A stretch of 64,000 nt of DNA from Candidatus Obscuribacteraceae bacterium (lineage in GTDB: Bacteria > Cyanobacteriota > Vampirovibrionia > Obscuribacterales > Obscuribacteraceae): positions 192,001 through 256,000 of the forward strand of contig JBGAHS010000008.1 of NCBI GenBank assembly GCA_044226015.1, given 5' to 3'. A program made the position numbers and the translations under genes. The notes under the pieces were generated by a model. It did no database searches and was not told where the DNA came from. It worked only from the letters and a program-made list of their open reading frames with translations. Shown here piece by piece: positions 24,001 through 25,943 of this stretch; the first letter of the stretch is position 1, and each line of letters starts with the position of its first letter.

Positions 24001-25390
24001 AGTTGTTATCACTCAGACAACTGGACAGATGACTGTCAATGGCAACATAAGCGCAAGCGGAACGAATGCGCTTATCACATTGATGGAGAAAGCTAACAAC
24101 GCAAGCTCTGGCATCACGTTGAACAACTCGACACTGTCCACAAACTACACAACCAAGCCAACTGGTCAGACAACATTCCCAATGCCTGGTCAGATAAGTG
24201 TAGTCATCGGCAGCACCATTCCAACGACACCAGATCCAGGAAGCACACCATCTAATGTCTCCGTAACTGGCAACCATGGAATCTACACCGCATACTTCGG
24301 CAGCAATTCAGCCAACATGAACGTGACCGGAAGCTCCGCAAACAACGTGCTCACCATCGTCGGCGACACAGCGATTGTCTTCTCACCAGGTACAACATCC
24401 AAGATCAACTTGAATGGAACTGGCACCGGAGTCAAGATCACCGCTGACCCACCGGCGGCAGCCCCAATGCTGATGGTGCAAAATGGCGCAGCCCAAGTTT
24501 CAGGCAGCATCCAGAGCCACGTGAACGCAGCAGCGCAAAATGCAGCAGAAGGCTTCCAGATGATTCCGAGCGCTAACTCAATCTTCGCACCAGCGATGAT
24601 GGCTCCTCATTACGAACTGCCAGCAGCTAACGCTCCAAGCGCTGTGATGAATCCATCCAATCCTAAGATGCTTCAGGGTGGTGTAAGTGACTTCGAAGCT
24701 GCGGTCGACACCGCAATGGTCGAAGGAATCGGAGCAGCAATGCCAGCATTCAGCAACGAGAAGATTGGCGAAGTCGATGCAGGCGTCACAAGCGACAAAG
24801 ACCTGGGAATCGCAGCCGACATCTCCAATCTGAACAAGGCTGGACTCACAGCAGAGGGCAGAAAACTCGTTAAGCTGCAAAAAGGCTTCATGGTCTTCGC
24901 TCCATTCACCGACACTACCGTCGAAACACCATTCGGTAAGGTAGAAATTGACGCTAAGTCAGTCGCAATGGTCTGCGCTACACATGGTGGCACCGCAGTA
25001 TTCAACTTCGACGACACGCACCGTGATGCAATCACGATTCACGTCGGCAAGAACAAAGTCTCAGTTGCACCTGGACGCCATGTCACCGTCACCCATAAGG
25101 GAGTGAAGGGCTTCGATCAGGTCAACCCTGTTGAAGCAATCGGATATCGCGGTATCAATTCTGCTGATCTCTCTGGCGGCTTCCGCGTCTACAACGCAGA
25201 GTTCTCTGTTCCATCAGCAGTAGGAGCAATCAAACCGTTGAAGCAGCTGTTCAACTCCAAGAACAACGAAGCTCAGAAACTCACGAGCCACTTGATGAAG
25301 ACGGTTGCAGCAATGCTGCAAGCCAACCGCAGCGGAGAGCGCTATCAGCAAGTAACTCGCCCGAGAATGTCCGCATTCAACAACCAGTAA
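2..25390 (+). CDS. Giant FHA-like beta-helical repeat surface protein A (5'-truncated, >8,460 aa) with conserved C-terminal FecR-like domain
   Basis: Uninterrupted frame from the window edge to TAA at 25388-25390. The GTG at 5 is probably an internal Val, as no signal peptide or RBS is visible. G/S/T/N/A/I/V-rich beta-strand repeats, recurrent 'LSxxxLxxIxAxxLxIG' inserts, strong bias to AAC/AGC/GGC/ATC codons. C-terminus clearly homologous to gene B. Confidence 0.9.
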   Translation, partial: VVGGDITNTGGTGSVVVDSATGSVTTARVESHGAITLGNTSGGTGVTINGAILNTGGSGNIQLLANSGDISGLHTLTSVGDLTISNINGSIGSTTAIGNLFGGGAGKTITVNAGSTGRVGSITNDSASGNGGTITVTTTAAFQSTGAVSAQSTAGSAFSGGIISIKSSSGTVEVDGSVNSNTTGTGTAGSISIDAGTGTLEINKGSAGANVIQGTLSSDKGNVIVQSNSILLRGASPAITGRNIGLNARTGDIQAAVAGQGGLSATNNIAMTAVTGIGTVGGNPITISSSGSTLSSKTSSSGSTYISVTSGNLTVGNVSVGPVNPNTGVQAPGSIQIDVPGNLAILDGSPINTTGTSQTIDIHANSFTGSGTTTTLIDAGNTGSVLIAPTTNGQAIALGGSGYLSGTMLSKIKALNLQVGNLGTYTGSVTLAGLINNGTAAAGSTAGSYNLSILSNGTIDTSAFTITTNTSNLTIDSEESTSGTATKVGALIGTGGNISVTGNKGVTLAGVINNAGTGTISVLAKQGTLDVQNNTISTTGTGTVTINNLNGAISNVGSVSGAGVINIGNASGTTSISITTGTIDNTASSTNSAVNILSSGAISAAGRSVNSDGVITLSGNGGVTIGGLNNSGSGVASAIHVNDGTEGGAVSIGAVSSVGSIAIGNNSNTAGVTLTNGAIDNSTASTPQSISIRSNTVGISGNGHNVISTGTITLSSNSGPVVIGALNNSGVGASGDIFVNSGSETGAITVDAINSRGDINVGNSTGTAGVTLTGVINNSSAASAKNVTILANNSGISGAGQTVTSIGNITLRAPGGVNIGALNNSGASTAATINVNDGTQSGTIAVAGALSRGTITIGNSTGTSGVTISGAISNATAASAQSVTVHSASGGISGAGQSISSIGSIVLDGVGGVNIGDLTNSSSTTAAAIQVNNGTQSGAVAVGNVNSVGAISIGNNTATAGVTLNGNISNVTASTPQSVSILSDSVGISGAGKTVSSLGGITLSSDTGAVSIGALTNNGVGAAGDVNVNSAAETGAVSVGAINSKGAVNVGNTASASVTLNGLIDNSSAASAKDVSVLASGAISGGSNTITSVGNITLRGNGGVSIGALNNSGASSAASVLVNDGTEAGSVSVGSISSKGDITVGNSTGSTGVTLGGDINNSSASSPQAVTILSSSGGINGTGRAIDSLGAITLRAAGGVTIGTLTNSGTGAAGDVSVNDQTQSGVVSVGAISSKGAVKLGNTSSTSVTLGGNIDNSSAAAAKDVTILAAGALNGSVRTITSLGNITLRADGGVTIGDLDNHTGSGSVSVNDTNQNGALVVGAVTSTGNITLGNLTNTSGVALNGDLDNHTNASSDILVYTATGDISNTVVRSINAGHAFDIEASNGSIGNTAPLGNLTAGGAASKITAKGVIGAGDVTNHGGSISIVNSDNTASGSTTVGTVDTSGAAGGTISITGGNDVSAVALNSSATSTTAGSITVDVSASTNSKISVLGAINASGATNGNFVHLYADNGSSVSSSIRVNNGINTSGSGLAGDVEVKVGSVGTLIVNADNGATGNNTIGSITATGASGGSVLLENKAGSVAFGRTGNAVNSFGTITVNAANIVGSAVGSGKLNSTTGVNLNVFSGSGNIGDASTQVQVNAPSIKIGQTGDVSGAVNPTKIGINSLSSGALTVSNLTNAGTGLTASGDIYISNNGGFNINKDISSSGSGTITLAALSAGNILSVGGGTIVSTAGSAVLSTADGSIGSNSPVYNPVLTNVAQLQANATNGSVYVSDADALTINASSGASSGAFDVRLSGSGDLTVAAPVSAQSVNLASNQGSGTAAGNIVVNSGVTATNGSLTLSAGAGGGAGAVGSINLNSALSATGGNVNVSSSVNGGDINVGAQVSATSGDINLDAQGSASKIAITASGLNPALKTTSSGNVILSSGTGGLTSSGNAIIISSVGDIDASALGGDVNSSGTGNGGAVDFSASNGFINLGSNNIVSSGTTSGTGGTVTLHAKDAVTAGNITAKGVGTSQAGGVVDITSSSVLAPIVVGNIDNTGTANGSSVTVNAAQNIVTVGSVKSNGAITIGNSSGATGIILNGDISNSGGTGSVQLLTNTGDISNATSRNISAAGALTINAGGNIGNTVALGALSAGGGANALTVDGNGVIAVGSVSNNAGAVSITNHAVAAGTLSTGAITTDAIGSGTGGKVSLSVVGDLTVNGNLTAKGLGSSNSGGVIELTGSNIRVDGSVDNTSTGSGTAGTTTINTAAALTIHGSAGANTISGTIDSDGNVVVLANGVTLAGAGDAVSALGIGINAGTGAISASLAGGGGLNASTIALNATTGIGSITGNKPIILSATGTVNVGSKATGAAADTYLSITNGSLVIGNETVATGTASVSANGVSSGGNTKIDTTSGDLHISTAISGTNVDLSTTGVGNHIIMDVGAGQIHATNGDVKLTTNGGGISSQGGSLDVLATGGNAIIALSQGANIGTLDLSGQSGATVTIKGQAVDLKGAGSANADITTANGAVSLTSDSGSISNVGSITTGGAKVDLKATGGNIAAGAIDTSAAAGGKLTASATGSITIAGSIKTDGTAGAGGGVDLSSGTSTTVSGSISAKGNAASGGTVSLSSDGLQVDGSINNTGTGTAGISLTNVQSTTFNGIAGINVIAGTINSSGNVEIQSAGVLLAGAGSAISAKGIGINSSAGISATAAGNGGLDAATVALTAAAAIGSAAIPISLSSTGTTLFGSSTSSAATSVQTTAGDLTVGSATVGAISANGISAPGDVTIKVAATKNLSIATGSPVTSSGVGKQINISADSLTGWGTGVLVNAQASGSVSFVTTSNSAMEVAGTYISATQLGQIRAKDVQFGNNGSYTGDITLGGTVNNGNAAAGDAAGGSYNLSLLTGGKFDASGNTINTKVNNLSIDAESSSATAVKTGAIVATGGNVQITGNNGVTLGGAISNSGTGLIDIVSKTGTLDGGDATISSTGTGTISVNNIAGNINNLGAVSGFNSITIGNSSGGTGIVMHGNISNAGGTGNVQILNATGIINGGSFDVSSAGDLTITNSGAGAISFTGGTLKSTGGNIAVTQTGAGALQVAAVDNTSNGSITLNAVLGSTTAGTVTADGGLVTIGNGTTGTGVVLNGDIDNTKTGGGGSGVSVLSGLGGISGGTHSITSDGIVNVTGAGAVSIGAIDNTTGTSTVTVDSTGSTVAVGAVSSKNSISIGSFGSTGVTLSGLIANDGTGASGSVTIHTLSGGISGTQNVQSKGAIDIVAINGDVSMGSVNNASGTGVVNVEASNGISNVGAVTSTSKITIGSVTGAGVNLNGAVSNSGGTGDVIIEANSGAINGGSNNVTSAGDLILSNGSAGGISFTGGTLSTSGGIVSVKTHGTGNSSVNAISSNGGAITVDANNGVTTVGLSGGAVNSGAGAITLGNSTSGTGVTLGGDVSSTGSGNISLLANSGNINGGSNNVTAGGSLTVTLATGAGNISFTGGTLTAKGGSLDVAQNGTGNVVLNDLSQQALGQSVNVDATAGTISVANITAAGGVVNLGNILGNTGITLTGNIDNTAGGAGAAVNVQAGNGAISASTRTITSDGQVFLYAKNAISVGDINNSTGSQSVTIDSTSGAINTAAVTSKGQINIGSNTSASVTLGGKIDNSTSLAGISITASGAIIGGSNSVAGGPGPLVITSKNTGGVSFSGGQISSNSGAITVQSLGTGDTQVAGVNSQGGTVIINAAKGTTTVGFGSNTVSSGSGSMTIGNNTSGGGTGVVVNGDLSSTGTGNIAILADTGSISGASHNVTAGGGLTVNIANGAGTIDFTSGILTAKGGSLIVTQLGTGNITLSSLSQQSTGDIVFVDASAGTVSVGNVNAFGGQVTLGNNGTGAGVTLNGNIVNTKAGGGGSSVTIYAGAGSIAGAGKTITSDGQVLLDSATGTTIGDINNTTGSSTVDLDSNGAISTGSISSNGAITVGSNSTTSVTLGGDISNFGGTGDVSVTAVGAINGGVNNVTAADNLTIHSITSGGITFTAGTLSANNGAVDVASLGAGNTSVNAVSNNGGSITVDASNGLTTVGTVFNTTGNIFLGNSTGGTGVTLNSSVSTGAAGVVSILSNGGSITGNSHPIILGSGTFTVDPTGGSVVGLGAVTSSGTINIGSATTGSISITGKLDNSTGVGKDINIQSGSGAGGISTVALSSSGNINVRTINTSTGDVTVTGKINAVTGSGDVTVDAKSGQVSVLGIVAKGNIALGNSSTGKGVILNDDIDNQETGATGTLTISAANGGISGVHDLFSNSTISVNAVAGDVTIGTADNSTGSASITVAAANGITTISGASSDGGFVSIGDGATGTGVVLNGNIANTKTGGGGAGVLVLSGLGGISASGRSITSDGQVDVLGQNAVSIGNIDNSTGSGTVNVNSNINTTSVGSVTSQGAITLGNSVGGTGVVMNGDVKSITTGGAISINSASGTINGNSFNTFTQNGSITINPGTGNVTALGDVQTKAGVINIGTSDGISSTASGVSINGTVDNSTSVGSALNILSNTGGVKTGNVSGGGAVNLKSLTSGDVDLGSTISANGVLSISAAGTGSIKSGAASALSGIGVKLTANTLALANGSSINAGGSTVVIDPNANQSMGVNVTGASTETFLVSNDLLSNISNTSLVTLGNNSTSGGLNFYNSLTTGYNLALRNAGGITMKSGSTLAVGANDLTIAAGGAVSLETVTASTAKIDVSGSSVTFNQAFGGTSADVKLTANSGSLSGAGTVSASKLDMSASDGSITLSTAVAGTMKAVTSGTSAGNIALVNTGALTSFTASSGGAASTVSLTNTGDVILGAAGVSGPAGVTLKLGGAAGVALTTTGSSISSSNGDVAITTDVLNGSGSISSSATGKVSIETSTAGRAINLVAGSGGLLLSTAQLAAISTKTLVVGSDTATGSITLGGALDITGKYDLELRQAGAGGSVTTTGQTLTLGTQNLTVNADTVDTGDVTGTGSSTIIILSLTGVNVHGALAADRIGIRAFNGSIVGAGGSLSANQIALRATANVGSPLQILGNSTLGAQGGTGVNLVSTGDMTVDAVTVGPVSASGIVSGGNVTVALASNKNLQLNSAISAPGQTIQLNADKLNGWAATPTLIDAGTSGAVVISTASTTQNIQVGGTYISTTQLGQIKALDLQIGEVGVYNGNISLGADLTTGAQPAGQASGSYNFALVTKASIDTSGHSITINGNDLILNADTSVTAGKVVGTGGNISIFGKNAGITLTDTLTTAGAGDISLSAQGGTIDGGIKALAAGSGTVSVVNTAGNITNLGSISSAGLVGVDGSTGVALAGTIDNTASTSNDIVSIISAGGAISGGQNINSNGAISVTTLAAGAITVGALDNSTGNGSVTVNSAAGSISVGQIKSTNAITLGNLTGAQGVTLNGTVSNAGGTGDINISTKSGSIDGTFDVSAAGSLSISSAGNVGKNAALGNLSAGGGSNFLSISSAGAIAAGKLTNAGGFIQANTSSTTEAVTLGDISSKASTGGTVIISGGSNISTGAIDTQGTSGDGGDVNVNNSTGLTLVGGSITADGAASGGSGGAVGLFGKGVTVNGSISSKGFGGANVGGSISIDALTGSTQVDGSINNSTTGTGGVNGTIAVVSNPGLTVNGSTAGANVIKGQVISSGSVTLQSINDVILAGAGDAVVARDIGIESSAGAIKAAAAGEGGLNASTIALTSITGIGTSTAAINITGAGPTSIGSSTGAADTFIASTNALTVDNTNVLGISANGVSGSGDVTISVGSGNLHVNAGSTIASGTSNSITLNTNSISVGAGASINAGVLGTVNLRPTTASTAINLGSGASGLIVTQGVLNVITAKTLNVGSSSSTGGINANSAVDISGLYDLNLTQGTGGAIDTSGGAITIGSQALTVLTPAGITLGAVSGTSGTVDLIGSTVDFKGNVNLNAVGSKLTVGSGGDVTQTVGTTLTARRIDINVTSGNIGGAGSIATSTGVLNLLTSLSGNAKVTNSGAGSVTLNSSTFGSLTFSSDDTIDVGSSGVAGSAVSLSTTANNGNINALNGSISSSAGNLDLTANGSGAVTVGTNRSVQAVGGDVNIKSDSITLQGKALITDTAAIISGNNVNFTGNTANGTFTSGAMLISNSGTVTANTGNINVNSASNQDMQLTGDGNGNWNATTSNASINFTASANGSLKLGLGDQTFTVGPNGSPGGSVNFTADGSETSTVQILPGVTYQFPNDYTHVVVNVGQFLGNPSQFNIHPSGGNPNSTLTIQGKFSGTIANSTGPIDLGNITNLNFAGPIAILSATDIFSSSSRTITVTSTVTNNGGSLTMIAGYAFTPTTVGTIGPTGQEYTLDVPNSKGGNIDLSNVSIDTRGQNIGGNVNLAANGSITLSNIDTRATGANGPGGSITVYGNGITANGTINTAGTGTSSSGTVTLSSGAVSAVNGTTIQDGFVTSAGGFTAAFSVPSTTGSLSTGASSSINAGSVNLSAGSTTLAGSITGTGVNIASNTLSSTGTINAGTGTVQIQTVTAGRGINLLSTGTGTLDLSNGTLSSISASKLIIGSASASGAITLGGALDISSKYNLELRQGGAGGTVTTTGQTISLGNKALSIAAGGAVNLGTYTGSGSAVDISGSSVTFNSAAGNASDTTSVVATNGNIGGAGALTSNDLSLAATNGSIGIAGTPFLTVNNGKLHAGSVASNSGIYINNTGNITGLTAFTLGAVDLRSSGGATLDGTVHGDTGVILNMTTGKLDNAGFLISSTNTPIAITTDSIALSGTTSIDAGTSTVTITPTTASRAINLGTATGGLDISEAALNSISAKTLTIGSTTTTGGITVGGALNITGPYDLNLIQGGSGAYTASNAITIASTGGAYSVSTAAGAINSGNITNNSTTNSKVLLQTGTANINLTALVPVAHDIELIAGGIGTGSTTGAINGLSNGAVSGTLTITPTLSGTDAGTVVLRGNNLLTGAVGQPTKFVLNVSSAAGNAGKAVFERTATTALIPTSANVSLQINSTSGNQGTAVLSNGGDLTYATTGSPSITTGSSGKGADITLTAGSVAAGKLVVSGNLSANGASGFAGGKLTLNSNSTTAFTIGATKATNGITGSMSVTGTPNGDITITNRGGGITESVAITNVSNYKLDTTGATNGTLSISKAITASNSVTLIAGGSGTINPGANVITAPTVALTSGTGAITVKTAASTISANMIGTSGTGAVSITNASGNVTLLDSSARGAFSLTNSTGNITTNAITAGGNVTVKTTKTNAAVAVNGNVTGGASSTVSLTANGTGSISGTGTVTGKTVTLTTGTGAIGTGTALGTALKVKAVSLSANTQGSVNLDNLGNGSSTFTITASASKSSFTVNSATPIVINPALTNVTSANITTSGVNAITLKASIGNTTTTTAINVSTGSGNILSSGTLSTTAAGNVTLGTTGSIGSSTAAVKVNSPTLAVNGASHTLLNLNSTRTAGVNVTTDLASTGIATFTSSGPTTLLGVSGTNVVLKSVGNTTLNGDIIASGTLSLTETGSGTTTMAVGKNISAAGKVTITTVGATTLNNVTSTAGAIALTAKGALTTNDITSNSTTSGAVTISQTAVGASTFGAITGQSVTVNLIPNSSTVKNNVNFNGAITASNGLVKISETGTSNALQSTIFAGGAAIQASGNVTVTTMGAASLLGVSSGVGGAGSITITTKGTTSVGALDANGSTTTGSITLNQTGGGSTTLNSTANADGAISITSSGVTSGVGIQTSGAVTAAGNVTLKATGSNAGVTLGDNVSSANTSTGTVAITASGSGNLTQTAGAVSAKTITLTSSTGSIGTGTALGTAFKVSSLASAFTLSANTKGAANINNTSAVPMTLSAASTDANTFTLRSSGNLTLTAPLTNASAIVIDTTAAGVGVGNVAINGSTLGGSSKTTAVSISTNDGDVSAKGTITTNNVSGSGVTLASTTGDFGTKTAAVKMNTPSLLSANVGGLLNVSNTNTGSTTYGAITAKSVTLSTANNSTFNGNISTSGGTGEVVITQTTGQMTVNGNISASGTNALITLMEKANNASSGITLNNSTLSTNYTTKPTGQTTFPMPGQISVVIGSTIPTTPDPGSTPSNVSVTGNHGIYTAYFGSNSANMNVTGSSANNVLTIVGDTAIVFSPGTTSKINLNGTGTGVKITADPPAAAPMLMVQNGAAQVSGSIQSHVNAAAQNAAEGFQMIPSANSIFAPAMMAPHYELPAANAPSAVMNPSNPKMLQGGVSDFEAAVDTAMVEGIGAAMPAFSNEKIGEVDAGVTSDKDLGIAADISNLNKAGLTAEGRKLVKLQKGFMVFAPFTDTTVETPFGKVEIDAKSVAMVCATHGGTAVFNFDDTHRDAITIHVGKNKVSVAPGRHVTVTHKGVKGFDQVNPVEAIGYRGINSADLSGGFRVYNAEFSVPSAVGAIKPLKQLFNSKNNEAQKLTSHLMKTVAAMLQANRSGERYQQVTRPRMSAFNNQ
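1688..3983 (+). repeat. Eight tandem ~96-aa (~287 bp) coding repeats in gene A
   Basis: Recurring unit 'GxIxxGNxxxxxGVTLxGxIxNSxAxx...GxITLxxxGGVxIGxLxNSG...VNDGTxxGxVxVGAIxSx' read from the translation; eight units between 1688 and 3983. Confidence 0.85.
10020..11990 (+). repeat. ~329-aa (987 bp) tandem duplication in gene A
   Basis: 'LTAKGGSL...LSQQ...VDAxAGT' occurs twice. The GCGAAG (Ala-Lys) marker is at 10475 and 11462, 987 bp apart. Boundaries approximate. Confidence 0.7.
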
Positions 25391-25412
25391 ACACACTGCA
25401 TCGCGAGATCAA

Positions 25413-25445
25413 GAAACCCGCCCGAGCCCAGCTCCGGCGGGTTTC
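25413..25445. terminator. Probable bidirectional intrinsic terminator between convergent genes
   Basis: GAAACCCGCC-C-GAGC-CCA-GCTC-C-GGCGGGTTTC: 10-bp perfect stem extended by 4 bp, starting 23 nt after the gene A stop. The stem ends in TTTC on + and TTTCTT on -. Confidence 0.8.
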
Positions 25446-25512
25446 AAACTTAGAAGACAGTTACTTACCCAGCTTTTGGATCTCATCAATTCCTAGCAGG
25501 GCAGCCGGTCTG

Positions 25513-25839
25513 TTAAAATTCTCTCCACCAGGCGGAGCCATCACTGTGAATCGCGGGAAACTCAATTTGAGTTCTTTCGCCTTCTCCGTCTTCTATAAAC
25601 CAATTCTCGTCAATGTCTTCAGGAATATCAAAAGGCGGGTCATTTTCTCGATTGCATTCAGTGGTCCAAAACTCCCAAATATGCCGGTAAGGATCTGCAG
25701 CAGGTGTCAGCTGAATTAGCCCGCCCATCCACGGAAAATCCGAATCCAAATTAGTTATGGTGCCGACAAGTTCAGAACCTCGGAAAAGCCTCAGCTGCTC
25801 CTTCCCGGTGAATGACGGCATGGGTCTGGAAACTGACAT
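25513..25839 (-). CDS. Small acidic, Trp-rich hypothetical protein (~108 aa)
   Basis: ATG at 25839 is preceded by SD-like GGAAGGGTGAGG. Protein-like sequence LRLFRGSELVGTI...SDFPWMGG...IHSDGSAWWR. Fills the gap between the giant genes and ends just before the terminator. Confidence 0.75.
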   Translation of the reverse strand: MSVSRPMPSFTGKEQLRLFRGSELVGTITNLDSDFPWMGGLIQLTPAADPYRHIWEFWTTECNRENDPPFDIPEDIDENWFIEDGEGERTQIEFPAIHSDGSAWWREF

Positions 25840-25943
25840 AGGAAACCTCACCCTTCCACTCGCAAGAACTTCTCAGGAATAACACCTTTACAAGCATTTC
25901 ATTGTGCCTAATAGCTCTGGCTCGTTGTATAGGCGTCCACCAC

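Noticed and set aside
184..25396. Dozens of antisense and alternate-frame ORFs inside gene A (up to 569 aa)
   Set aside because: Shadow ORFs. The biased codon usage of the repeat gene leaves the antisense frame stop-poor, and the translations are monotonous Pro/Leu/Val/Ala mirror sequences.
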